Source of the DNA: an uncultured Gammaproteobacteria bacterium
GTDB taxonomy: Bacteria > Patescibacteriota > Microgenomatia > Daviesbacterales > UBA10151
Length of the DNA stretch: 64,000 nucleotides
Direction of reading: 5' to 3'
NCBI GenBank assembly: GCA_964547465.1
Contig: CAZJNI010000001.1
Coordinates: 24,205 to 88,204, forward strand
The position numbers and the translations under genes were made by a program. Of the stretch, positions 36,812 through 46,410 are shown one piece after another. How positions within the stretch are numbered: position 1 is the first letter of the stretch; every line of letters begins with the position of its first letter. A model generated the notes under the pieces. The model was not told where the DNA came from and made no database searches. It was given only the letters and a program-made list of their open reading frames with translations.

Positions 36812-39718
36812 GTGAGCCAAAATTTAAACTCTATCAATAAAAAAACTATTATTTCTGTTTCGCGAAACAATCCGGTGGCTTTAGTTGTGGGAGCGGCAGG
36901 CTTTTTTGGCTCTCATTTGGCAGATAAGCTTTTGGATAAAGGAATACAGGTTATTGGAGTAGATAACTTATCAGGAGGAAGAAAAGATAATTTAAATGAA
37001 GCGGTAAGATTTAAGAATTTTCATTTCCTCCTGCAGGATGCCGGGGATTTGAATCTGGAGCTGGCTAGACTGGATTATGTATTTATTGTGGGGGGTAAGG
37101 ATTGGGATCTGGCTAATCTTTTAAATCTTGTGAAGATGCATAAAGCTAAATGTTTATTTGTTTCAACAATAGATTTGTATGACGAGGAGGCTGCAAGAGA
37201 ATTTGAATGGTATAAAAGATCAGAGATAAAAATTGCCAGGTATGCTGCAGAAAATAATTTAAATGCCCGGGTTTTAAGATTGGGAGCAGTATATGGCTCA
37301 AGAATGAGTTTTAATCAAAAAGATCCAATCGTTAAGCTAATCCAATCCTCAATAAACAATCAATTGCAAAAAGATACCTCCTTGGAATTTTCAACAAGAG
37401 CTTTATATATTTTGGATGCTGTTGATTTAATGATCAAAGCCATGCTATCCGGTGAAACTGCCCAAAAAATCTTTGACGGAGTGCTGCCCACTCCGATCAA
37501 AGTGTCTGAAATCAAACAGATCCTGCTGGACCCTGTTTGGTATGAGCAAAAAGGGTATCATTTGCAGGAGTTGCCTCTCTGGTCAACCCCTAATCTTTTA
37601 AGAACAATAAAAATATTAAATTGGGAACCTAAACTAAATTTAGTCAGTCACCTTAAGAAAACCTTAAGCTACTTTAAGGACCATGAAATAAAAGTACCTA
37701 AATTGGAGGATCGAAACTGGGAACTGGAAACTGGAAATACACAGTGGAAAGAAGAAAAGAAAGAGGCGCTGGAGGGGTTAAAAAAACAAGAAAAAAAAGA
37801 ACAGGTTAAAGATAAAGGGGGGAGGAGAGTAAGATTTAATTTTTCCTGGGGAAGAGTTTTAGGATTGGGAATAATTGTCCTGATATTATATGCTTTGGTT
37901 TTTCCGGTAGTTGAGATTGGCTGGGGAGTTTTAACTTTCAGGTTTCAGCTTTCCCAGGCTTTAAATAATTTAGGCAAAGGGGAGTTTCCAAAAAGCCTTC
38001 AGAATTTAGATAGTGCTAAAAAAGGAGTAATGGGAGCCAAGTCAGTATTTGATGTTTTGGATCCAATCAGAAAAACAGGACAGTTCAGTAGTTTTTTTGA
38101 TCTGGGGGATAATCTTTACAGTTTATCCATGCTTTCTTTATCTTCTGCTGAAAATACTGTTTTAGGTACAAAGTCGCTGTACGAAGGAATCCTGGCAGTC
38201 ACAGGAGAGACTAATGAGTCTCCGAAAGATTATTTTTCAAAAGCCCAATTACAACTTAGTAGTGCAAATGAAGATGTGCTGAAGGCTCAACTGCTAATTT
38301 CAGATTCAGACTTTACTTCATCTTTACCAAAAATTTTACTCCCTAAAGTAGAGAGTTTAAAAGGAAAACTTTCTTTATATTCAGATTTGGTGGAAAAGGG
38401 CAGAGCTTCTGCTATTTTACTGCCGGAAATTGTGGCCATAGACGGAGTAAAAAGTTATTTGATACTTTTGCAAAATAATAACGAACTTCGTCCAACCGGT
38501 GGGTTTATTGGATCATACGCCCAGATTTCTTTTGAAGGGGGTAAACTTAAAAAAATTGATGTTAATGATATTTATGCAATAGATGGTCAACTAAATTTGC
38601 ATGTTGAACCGCCAAAAGAAATTAAGGAAGATTTAGGTCAAAATAGCTGGTATCTAAGGGATAGTAATTGGGAGGCTGATTTTCCCACCTCTGCCAGACA
38701 GGCCGAGTGGTTTTTTACCAAAGAAACAGGCCAGCGGGTTTCAGGGGTAGTGGCTTTGGATATAGCTTCAATGGAAAAACTGCTGGAAGCAGTTGGGCCG
38801 CTGGATTTGCCGGATTACAGTGAAAAAATTACCCCGGATAATCTTTTTGAAAAATCTATTACCCATGCAGAAAATTCTTTTTTTGCCGGATCCCAGGCCA
38901 AGAAGAATTTTTTATCAGCTCTGACAAACGGACTTTTTAATAAAATCTTTTTTCTACCCAAGCCTAACTGGCCGGGTATAGTTAAAGCTTTAGGTGATTC
39001 ACTGGAAAGTAAGCACATGAGTATATTTTTGGATGATCCAAAACTTTTCTCATATTTGATTTCTCAAAATTGGGCAGGGGTATTGCCCAGGCAAAGCAGT
39101 GGAGAAAGTGAAAAGTTTGAAGATTTCCTGGCTCCGGTTGAGGCTAATTTGGGAGCGAATAAATCTAATTATTATCTGGATAGAAGTTACAACCTGGAAA
39201 CAGTAATAGGCAAAGAAGGGGATGTTAAGCATCGTTTAAAAATAAACTATGTTAATAAAAGTCCTTCAAATACCTGGCCGGCAGGAGTGTATAAAAACAG
39301 GATGAGAATTTATCTGCCTTTTGGGGCTAAATTAACCAGGGTTTTATGGGGAGAGACAAATATCACCAAAGATGTGAGTGCTTTTGTAGATTATGGCAGG
39401 TCCGGCTTTTCCATGCTTTTGCAGCTTGAAGCAAGGGAAACAAAAGCCTTGATCATAGATTATGAAGTTCTCGGAAACATAAATTTTACAAAAGAGATTG
39501 GGGTATATAAATTAAATGTGGTTAAACAGGCAGGTACTTTGCAGGATCCTTTTGTCTGGAGGTTAACTTACCCGCTAAATTATAAACCGTGGGACTATTT
39601 TCCTCCGGAAAAGAAACCAACAGTTTCCAGCCAAAACCAAAACTTAAGTCCACAGGAGCAAACAATCCAAACAGATTTATCAAAAGATAGAAGTTTTGAA
39701 GTCCGGTTTAAAAAATAA
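36812..39718 (+). CDS. Fusion protein: N-terminal NAD-dependent epimerase/dehydratase-like Rossmann domain, a transmembrane segment, and a large DUF4012-like C-terminal domain
   Basis: GAAGFFGSHLADKLL Rossmann motif, then a transmembrane helix near residue 350 and a long extracytoplasmic domain. Confidence 0.5.
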   Translation: MSQNLNSINKKTIISVSRNNPVALVVGAAGFFGSHLADKLLDKGIQVIGVDNLSGGRKDNLNEAVRFKNFHFLLQDAGDLNLELARLDYVFIVGGKDWDLANLLNLVKMHKAKCLFVSTIDLYDEEAAREFEWYKRSEIKIARYAAENNLNARVLRLGAVYGSRMSFNQKDPIVKLIQSSINNQLQKDTSLEFSTRALYILDAVDLMIKAMLSGETAQKIFDGVLPTPIKVSEIKQILLDPVWYEQKGYHLQELPLWSTPNLLRTIKILNWEPKLNLVSHLKKTLSYFKDHEIKVPKLEDRNWELETGNTQWKEEKKEALEGLKKQEKKEQVKDKGGRRVRFNFSWGRVLGLGIIVLILYALVFPVVEIGWGVLTFRFQLSQALNNLGKGEFPKSLQNLDSAKKGVMGAKSVFDVLDPIRKTGQFSSFFDLGDNLYSLSMLSLSSAENTVLGTKSLYEGILAVTGETNESPKDYFSKAQLQLSSANEDVLKAQLLISDSDFTSSLPKILLPKVESLKGKLSLYSDLVEKGRASAILLPEIVAIDGVKSYLILLQNNNELRPTGGFIGSYAQISFEGGKLKKIDVNDIYAIDGQLNLHVEPPKEIKEDLGQNSWYLRDSNWEADFPTSARQAEWFFTKETGQRVSGVVALDIASMEKLLEAVGPLDLPDYSEKITPDNLFEKSITHAENSFFAGSQAKKNFLSALTNGLFNKIFFLPKPNWPGIVKALGDSLESKHMSIFLDDPKLFSYLISQNWAGVLPRQSSGESEKFEDFLAPVEANLGANKSNYYLDRSYNLETVIGKEGDVKHRLKINYVNKSPSNTWPAGVYKNRMRIYLPFGAKLTRVLWGETNITKDVSAFVDYGRSGFSMLLQLEARETKALIIDYEVLGNINFTKEIGVYKLNVVKQAGTLQDPFVWRLTYPLNYKPWDYFPPEKKPTVSSQNQNLSPQEQTIQTDLSKDRSFEVRFKK

Positions 39719-39798
39719 AAACAGGCACGTGAGAATACTATGGGTTTTATTCGGTGACTTTAATCTTGAATATTAAAGATCATTTGTGCTAAAGTACC

Positions 39799-40560
39799 GT
39801 GATGGACAGATTAAGTTTAAAGGCAGACGAGAGAAAAATATTGGGCAAAAAAGTGAAGCAGCTACGCCGTGACGGGATGCTGCCTGCTCATGTGTTTGGA
39901 AAAGGAGTAGAGAATGAGGATGTGACTGTGGAGGCCAAGGAGTTTTTAAAAACTTTCCATCAGGCAGGTGAAACAGGATTAATAGATTTAAAAATCGGCA
40001 AAGAGAAGGTCAGGCCGGTTTTGGTCCGTGAGGTCCAATATGATCCTGTGTCAGGGAAACTGATCCACATTGATTTTTACCAGGTTGATTTATCTAAAAA
40101 AGTTAAAGTGCCGGTTCCGCTGATTTTGATTGGCGAGCAACCGGAATCTGTTCATCTGGGAGAAACAATTGTTTTGCAAACTTTAAATGAGGTGGAAGTT
40201 GAGGCTTTGCCAACGGATTTAGTGGAAAAAATTGAGGTGGATATAACTGCTTTAAAAGCAATTGATGATGCTATAACTATTTCCCAGCTAAATTATGATA
40301 AAGAAAAATTAATCTTACATGCTGATGCAGAAGCCATAGTTGTAAAATTGGCTCCGGCTGTGACAGCTGAAATGGAGAAGTTAATGGAAGAGCAGGCTGC
40401 AGAAACTGCTGCAGCAGCTGCAGAAACCGAGGAAGGCGCAGCTCCTGCTGAAGGAACTGAAGGTGAAGAAGGTGTAGTCCCTGCTGAAGGTGAAGCGCCA
40501 GTTGAGGGTGAAGCTCCCAAAGAAGGTGGAGAAACTCCAGAAGAAAAACCACAAGAATAA
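39799..40560 (+). CDS. rplY: 50S ribosomal protein L25/Ctc with an acidic C-terminal tail
   Basis: N-terminal L25 domain (KADERKILGKK...RRDGMLPA). Confidence 0.85.
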   Translation: MMDRLSLKADERKILGKKVKQLRRDGMLPAHVFGKGVENEDVTVEAKEFLKTFHQAGETGLIDLKIGKEKVRPVLVREVQYDPVSGKLIHIDFYQVDLSKKVKVPVPLILIGEQPESVHLGETIVLQTLNEVEVEALPTDLVEKIEVDITALKAIDDAITISQLNYDKEKLILHADAEAIVVKLAPAVTAEMEKLMEEQAAETAAAAAETEEGAAPAEGTEGEEGVVPAEGEAPVEGEAPKEGGETPEEKPQE

Positions 40561-40864
40561 TTTTCCTCCTTGACTCAATTAATTTCCATTTAATACAATG
40601 GAATATGCTCCACAAAAATCTTCTTTGGTTAGCAATTTTTCAATTTCTATTTGGGAAGGGGGTGATCTTGTGGCAGAAAGAATAGCTGGTGGTGTATGGC
40701 CGACGAATGAGTTTATGAGAAGATTAGCGCAAGTTACACCAAATCTTGGTATTGCATTAAAACGAATGGAATTTGTTGTTCAGAGAGCAACACAGAAACC
40801 AAAGATTTTAGAAGAGAAAAAGTGATAGTTTGCGGATAATTTGCGTTAATTTTGCGGGGATCAA

Positions 40865-41032
40865 TTGGTAGAATGTAGCTAGTAGTATGTAGTAAGGGTT
40901 CTAAACACGACTTTTAATACTTTTTATCAAGCCGTTTAGGAGTTTGTGTCCCGCTTGCCATACATAAAGATCTGTAAATGAGGTTATTTTTGTCTTATCC
41001 ATACTACATTCTACATACTACTTACTACTAAC
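40865..41032. repeat. Inverted blocks of GTAG heptamer repeats flanking a ~100 nt spacer, between rplY and valS
   Basis: Left block TTGGTAG AATGTAG CTAGTAG TATGTAG (40865-40896). Right block CCATACTAC ATTCTAC ATACTAC TTACTAC (40999-41032), the reverse-complement type. Confidence 0.8.
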
Positions 41033-43231
41033 TTCAGGCCATTTTGTGATCATGATGGATTTTCCGTTGTGAGGCAGTTTTTGCCAGAGTTCTTCTGTGA
41101 TATATGGCATAAAGGGATGAAGAAGCTCCAGGGAGGTTTTGAAGACATATTCCAGGGTTGGTTGGGCCTCGGTGCGTCTTTCTTTGGTACTTTCAATATA
41201 TTTATCTGCAAACTCATGCCAGATAAATTCATAAAGTTGACTTGCCCCATCATGTAATCTGAATGTTTCCAGAGCTTTGGTGACTATTTCTATAGTTTTT
41301 CTAAGTTTTTCTAATATGTCTTTGTCATCCTTATTGTCATTGCGAGGGATGTACCAGACGGTACGTCCCGTAGCAATCTTTCTTTTGTCAAGATTCCTAC
41401 GCTCGCTTCGCTCGCTCGGAATGACACTTAGGTGCTTGGCATTCTCTGGCGCGAAATCAATTATAAATCTAGCTATATTCCAGAGTTTATTGGTAAAGTT
41501 TCTCATAGCCTGCAGTTTTGGATGAGACAGAGCCTGATCATGGCCAAAAGCAGTCCCGTAAACTAGAGCCATTCTGACTGCATCTGCTCCGTAAAGGTCA
41601 GCAGTTTCCATTGGATTTACCACATTGCCTTTAGATTTACTCATTTTTTTGCCTAGCGGATCAAGTATTTTTCCATGCAGAATCACATCTTCAAAAGGTA
41701 TTTTACCTGTGGAGTAAATGCCCAGCATGATCATTCTGGCCACCCAAAATAGCAGGATGTCGTAGCCTGTTTCCATGACCGAGGTTGGATAAAACTTATC
41801 AAAATCACCAGGCTGGCTTGCCTTTAGCGTAGCGAAGGGCCACTGACCAGAGGAAAACCAGGTATCAAATACATCAGGGTCACGTTCTAAACTGACATTG
41901 CCGCAATTATTGCATACATCAGGCGTTTCGCCTTCAGTGACTGTCCATTTTTGGCACTCCTCACAAAACCAGGCCGGAATTTGCATGCCCCAGACAATTT
42001 GCCTACTGATATTCCAGTCTTTAATGTTTTTTAGCCAGTTAAAATAAGTTGTTTCCCAGTTCTTGGGATAAATTTTAATATCACCTTTTTTAACCACCTC
42101 AATTGCAGATGTGGCTAAACTTGAAACTTTAATAAACCATTGTTCCATTGGCAGAGGTTCTATCTCTGTTCCGCATTTATAGCAGGTGGCCACCCTGTTT
42201 TGATACTCATAATCTATTTTTTCAATTAAGCCTTTTTCCTCCATTTCCTGGGCAATTGTCTGCCTTGCTTCTTTAACCCTCATCCCGGAAAATTTGCCGG
42301 CTTTTTCATTTAATCTGCCGTCATAACCAATCACCTGACGAACCTCCAGATTATGTCTTTGGCCTATTTCAAAGTCCACTGCAGAATGAGCAGGAGTAAC
42401 TTTAACAACCCCTGTTCCGAATTCTTTATCAACAGCCTGATCAGCTACAACTTTGATTTTTCTTTTTCCTAAAACAGTTTCAATATCAATTTCTTGGCCA
42501 ATATATTTAAGGTAGCGTTTATCATCAGGATGGACTGCCACTGCTGTATCGCCAAATTTAGTTTCCAAACGCACGGTTGCTAAGGTCAGCGGGCCATATT
42601 TCATATAGTAAAGTGGAGTTTTCCGATCCTCATAAATTACTTCCAAATCGGAAAAGCTGGTGCCATGCTTGGTACAAAAATTGACAATTCTATTGCCCCG
42701 GTAAATTAAACCTTCATCAAACATTTTCTTGAATGTTTTATAAACAATTTTGACAATATCCGGGTCAAGGGTGAATTTATATCTGGACCAATCAAGTGAA
42801 AATCCTAAACGTCGCAGTTGTCCTTCCATAGTGCCTTTGTTTTCCTGAACAAAGTCCCAGATCATTTGGTAGAGCTCTTCACGTTTGTAATCAAATCTGG
42901 ATTTTCCCTGTTTTTCCAGATGTTTTTCAAAAACCACCTGGGTTTCAAAGCCGGCATGGTCTGCTCCGGGCAGCCATAAAGTAGCTTTTCCTTTCATTCT
43001 GTGAAATCTGACTAATATATCCTCTACCACATACATGGCATGGCCAAAATGAAGCGGGGCATTGGCATTTGGTGGGGGAAGGATGATGGTATATGGTTTA
43101 CCATCAGGGTTTATTTCAGGCTTAAAATAGCCGGAATCTTCCCAAAGTTTATACCATTTAGGTTCAACTTTTGTCTGGTCATATATCTTATTCATGAACT
43201 TAAGTATAATCAGGATTAAGCCCGAGGTCAA
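41018..43231 (-). CDS. valS: Valine--tRNA ligase (compact form) carrying an in-frame palindromic-element insertion
   Basis: HIGH motif PNANAPLHFGH, KMSKS; the two repeat elements at 41335-41424 encode about 32 extra residues. Confidence 0.9.
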   Translation of the reverse strand: MTSGLILIILKFMNKIYDQTKVEPKWYKLWEDSGYFKPEINPDGKPYTIILPPPNANAPLHFGHAMYVVEDILVRFHRMKGKATLWLPGADHAGFETQVVFEKHLEKQGKSRFDYKREELYQMIWDFVQENKGTMEGQLRRLGFSLDWSRYKFTLDPDIVKIVYKTFKKMFDEGLIYRGNRIVNFCTKHGTSFSDLEVIYEDRKTPLYYMKYGPLTLATVRLETKFGDTAVAVHPDDKRYLKYIGQEIDIETVLGKRKIKVVADQAVDKEFGTGVVKVTPAHSAVDFEIGQRHNLEVRQVIGYDGRLNEKAGKFSGMRVKEARQTIAQEMEEKGLIEKIDYEYQNRVATCYKCGTEIEPLPMEQWFIKVSSLATSAIEVVKKGDIKIYPKNWETTYFNWLKNIKDWNISRQIVWGMQIPAWFCEECQKWTVTEGETPDVCNNCGNVSLERDPDVFDTWFSSGQWPFATLKASQPGDFDKFYPTSVMETGYDILLFWVARMIMLGIYSTGKIPFEDVILHGKILDPLGKKMSKSKGNVVNPMETADLYGADAVRMALVYGTAFGHDQALSHPKLQAMRNFTNKLWNIARFIIDFAPENAKHLSVIPSERSERRNLDKRKIATGRTVWYIPRNDNKDDKDILEKLRKTIEIVTKALETFRLHDGASQLYEFIWHEFADKYIESTKERRTEAQPTLEYVFKTSLELLHPFMPYITEELWQKLPHNGKSIMITKWPEVSSK
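41335..41378. repeat. GTCATTGCGAG-hairpin-GCAATCT element, copy 1, in frame within valS
   Basis: GTCATTGCGAGGGATGTACCAGACGGTACGTCCCGTAGCAATCT. Confidence 0.85.
41391..41424. repeat. GTCATT(C)CGAG element, copy 2 (inverted), in frame within valS
   Basis: Reverse complement GTCATTCCGAGCGAGCGAAGCGAGCGTAGGAATC. Confidence 0.8.
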
Positions 43232-43242
43232 TTAAGGATGAG

Positions 43243-43629
43243 TTAACTATTTCCAACAATCAATCTTAATGGTTTAGTTTGGACTTGAGGTATTCTATGG
43301 CGACCTTTAGCCCTTTGTGTCATAAACAAAGCATTAATTCTATAGATATTACCATCAGAATCCTTTTTATAAATTGTGATTGGAGCGAATTTACCAGTTG
43401 AATCTTTTAATCTTTTAGGAAATTGATGCTCTTCAATCTCTCCTGATATTGACAGTACAACATTATAAATTCCGATATGCGCCTCATTTGCCCTTCGTGC
43501 ATCTATTATACGAGCAGATTGATTTGTAATAGGGACAGCTATAGCTATCAGTTGATCACGCTCTTCGCTATTGACTATGAAAACTTGCCCTGGTGAAGCT
43601 ATTTGTTCATTCTCTACACTTACAGCCAT
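43243..43629 (-). CDS. Hypothetical protein (weakly MazF/PemK-like)
   Basis: ORF only; weak pattern similarity. Confidence 0.3.
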   Translation of the reverse strand: MAVSVENEQIASPGQVFIVNSEERDQLIAIAVPITNQSARIIDARRANEAHIGIYNVVLSISGEIEEHQFPKRLKDSTGKFAPITIYKKDSDGNIYRINALFMTQRAKGRHRIPQVQTKPLRLIVGNS

Positions 43630-43666
43630 ATTAATTGGTAGATTTTAGGTTTAAGTTGCCGAGATG

Positions 43667-44818
43667 TCAAGCCATAGACAAATTTGGATCTGCCTGTAAG
43701 GATAAAGGATCTTTAGTAGGTTTTGTAAAAAAAGCTGCTGCTGCAATCATGGCTCCATTGTCTGTACACAGATTTGGTTCCGGTATGTGAAGTTTGATAT
43801 TTAAACCTTGATTCTTAATTCTTGATTCTAAATTCTCTTTCAGTTTTCTGTTAGCTGCAACACCACCTGCAATCATTACATCTTTTACTGGATAAATCTT
43901 TAAAGCCAGCATGACTTTGTCGATTAAAGATATAACAATAGTTTCCTCAATTGCTGCAGCTAAATCTTGCCTCACCTCCGAGGTGTAAGACATTTTTTTC
44001 ACCTCGGAGGTGTGGACTAAGTTCGCAACTGCTGTTTTTAAACCAGAGTATGAAAAGTCCAAGTCCTTTGATCCTTTCATAGGAACAGGGAGTTTGAACC
44101 TTAAGGCCTGGCCTTGCGAGGCTAATTTAGAAATCTCTGGACCGCCTGGGTATGGAAGGCCTAAAAGACGGGCACATTTATCAAAACATTCCCCGGCCGC
44201 ATCATCCCTGGTTCCACCCAGGTATTTATATTTGCCATGGTCAGTAAACAGGACTAAATCTGTATGGCCGCCGGAAACCAATAAACCGAGGCAAGGGAAG
44301 TTTGGTACTTCAAAATTGTCATTGCGAGGAGCCGAAGGCGACGAAGCAATCTGGGTGGGGTTTATTTCTTGACTAGATTGCTTCGCTGTCGCTCGCAATG
44401 ACGAAGGAGTAATCCAGTTGGCATAAAAGTGACCAAGCAAGTGATTAACCGGAATAAGTGGTTTGTTCCAGACTAGACTTAAAGTTTTAGCTGTTTCTAC
44501 TCCTACTAAAAGCGATCCAATTAATCCCGGGCCATAAGTGACAGCTATTGCATCTATCCCAATCCCGTCATTGCGAGCCCCGAAGGGACGTGGCAATCTT
44601 TTTTTAGGAAAGACTTGAGTTAACGCTTCTTCAATCACAGGAATTATAGATTTTATCTGCTCACGAGCAGCTTGTTCCGGGATAATTCCCCCGTATTTAG
44701 CCTGTAGAGAGGCAGATGAAGCCACCACATTGGATAATATAGTTATTCGATCTCCTTGCTTTTGTAAGATAGCACAAGCCGTCTCGTCACAAGAAGTCTC
44801 AATTCCTAAAATAATCAT
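43667..44818 (-). CDS. tsaD: tRNA N6-adenosine threonylcarbamoyltransferase TsaD with three in-frame palindromic-element insertions
   Basis: GIETSCDET, GPGLIGSLLVG and LLVSGGHT motifs; inserted segments KKRLPRPFGARND and SSLRATAKQSSQEINPTQIASSPSAPRND. Confidence 0.9.
   Translation of the reverse strand: MIILGIETSCDETACAILQKQGDRITILSNVVASSASLQAKYGGIIPEQAAREQIKSIIPVIEEALTQVFPKKRLPRPFGARNDGIGIDAIAVTYGPGLIGSLLVGVETAKTLSLVWNKPLIPVNHLLGHFYANWITPSSLRATAKQSSQEINPTQIASSPSAPRNDNFEVPNFPCLGLLVSGGHTDLVLFTDHGKYKYLGGTRDDAAGECFDKCARLLGLPYPGGPEISKLASQGQALRFKLPVPMKGSKDLDFSYSGLKTAVANLVHTSEVKKMSYTSEVRQDLAAAIEETIVISLIDKVMLALKIYPVKDVMIAGGVAANRKLKENLESRIKNQGLNIKLHIPEPNLCTDNGAMIAAAAFFTKPTKDPLSLQADPNLSMA
44318..44352. 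repeat. GTCATTGCGAG element, copy 3 (in tsaD)
   Basis: GTCATTGCGAGGAGCCGAAGGCGACGAAGCAATCT. Confidence 0.85.
44376..44407. repeat. GTCATTGCGAG element, copy 4 (inverted; in tsaD)
   Basis: Reverse complement CCTTCGTCATTGCGAGCGACAGCGAAGCAATC. Confidence 0.85.
44567..44599. repeat. GTCATTGCGAG element, copy 5 (in tsaD)
   Basis: GTCATTGCGAGCCCCGAAGGGACGTGGCAATCT. Confidence 0.85.
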
Positions 44819-44884
44819 GACTGAATTTTAGCATAGATATTGAAATTGTTGAGAATTTTAGTATTATAGGGTATAATCATATAT

Positions 44885-46309
44885 ATGAAAGATTGGGAAC
44901 CTAGGAGAATACCGCTATACGAAGGCCCACCATGGATAAACAGGAGCAGGAGGGAATTTTTAATAGCTGGCGGAGCAACTGCAGGAATTGCAATATTAGC
45001 CTTGTATGGCTTTAGTGGGTTTGGTAAGAATGAGGGAGGTGAACAACCTGTTGATAAACCTATTAATAATGATCCGTCTGTTGATCTTGGAGAGCTTGAT
45101 GTGTTAGCTGAAATTAAAAAATTTGAAACACAGATTGGAGACGACACTCTTTCTACGCATCAAGTTAAAAACTATTATATTCCGCTTGTCGCAGAGTATT
45201 TTAGAAGGCAGATAAATGTACCGGCAATCGGTACGCGAAGAACAATGTCGGAAATTCTCAACAATACCTTCTTAATAAGAAGAGACTTTACTACTCAGGA
45301 AGAATCAGAAGAAGAATTTATGAGAGCATTAGGAGGTAAAGATGAAGATGTGCTTTCGGCGCCACCTGTGAGGATACTTAGACTTGACTATCCCAATCTA
45401 CCTGTGTCGGCAGAAATGGCCAGAGCAATTATAGCTACTATGACTATGGGTGCTTTGGCATGGGTTGATCAGGATAAGGTTTTTCTTGTTCTCAGTAGGG
45501 TTAATAGTAAGGAAACTTCAGTGAGATATAAAGGGTTTGATGATAGCGAGAGAGAATATCCAATTTACCAATTCCAAGGTCTAGATTATCAAGTTCAGTG
45601 TGAGCCTCCGAAGGCTGTTGTTAAACTCCGTTCCGTTTTTCAGCACGAGTTAGTTCATTGGGAGTGCGAGTGCAATTGGCAGAGTTTACCTCAGGATGTT
45701 GTAGAGGCATATCAGAGAGCAAAGAATACCCCGCTTGGCGTAGATGGAAAAACATATGAACTCCCTTCAGAGTATCGTGTTCTGCTCAAATCTGGGAGAA
45801 CTAAAAACTTTATGGCCAGCTTTGATCATGCAGCTAAACAAGGTTCAACAACAGAAAGAGGATTTAATGAATTTGTTACAGACTATTTGGCTGCGAGGAT
45901 GAGTATTATCGATCGATTACCCTACACCCTTGGGTACCATGGAAAACATTCTCCAGGCGATTTCAAAAATTTCGAGGTGGTTTTACAAAACGCACGTATT
46001 TCTAATCCTGATCTCTATAAATTTTATCGATCATCGCAACTGCGGGAATTTCTTATCCAAGTAGCTAAAGGTGCGAAAAACATCACATTTGCAAACGAAG
46101 GAGAAATGTTGGAATTTACAACAAGACTTTTTCTTCAGGATAGTGATTTTAAGACCTACTGGAAGTACTTTCGGCCTTACTTTTATGGAATTAATACCAC
46201 AGATTATCGCTATTATGTTGATCCGGATAAATTTAAACCTGATCCTGGGATTAAGTGGGATGATCCTATGCTAACAGTTCCTCCAACAGAGCTTGGTTGT
46301 ATCCATTAG
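44885..46309 (+). CDS. Tat-signal secreted protein with HExxH motif
   Basis: Twin-arginine motif SRREFLIAGGATAG followed by a hydrophobic stretch; QHELVHWECEC. Confidence 0.45.
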   Translation: MKDWEPRRIPLYEGPPWINRSRREFLIAGGATAGIAILALYGFSGFGKNEGGEQPVDKPINNDPSVDLGELDVLAEIKKFETQIGDDTLSTHQVKNYYIPLVAEYFRRQINVPAIGTRRTMSEILNNTFLIRRDFTTQEESEEEFMRALGGKDEDVLSAPPVRILRLDYPNLPVSAEMARAIIATMTMGALAWVDQDKVFLVLSRVNSKETSVRYKGFDDSEREYPIYQFQGLDYQVQCEPPKAVVKLRSVFQHELVHWECECNWQSLPQDVVEAYQRAKNTPLGVDGKTYELPSEYRVLLKSGRTKNFMASFDHAAKQGSTTERGFNEFVTDYLAARMSIIDRLPYTLGYHGKHSPGDFKNFEVVLQNARISNPDLYKFYRSSQLREFLIQVAKGAKNITFANEGEMLEFTTRLFLQDSDFKTYWKYFRPYFYGINTTDYRYYVDPDKFKPDPGIKWDDPMLTVPPTELGCIH

Positions 46310-46410
46310 TTAAGTCTATATCATTTGGATATTTTAACAGAAATGCCTTTTAGCCCGCTTCGCCCGCCTTTGGCGAAACTTCGCGAGGCGAGCCATTTGG
46401 AATTTGGTTT

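Noticed and set aside
40277-40615. Minus-strand ORFs of 112, 75 and 65 aa antisense to the rplY tail.
   Set aside because: Generated by the GAA/GCT-rich acidic tail coding sequence; spurious.
40598-40825. 75-aa plus-strand ORF after rplY.
   Set aside because: No RBS and no recognisable features. It sits in the inverted-repeat spacer region, so confidence is too low to call.
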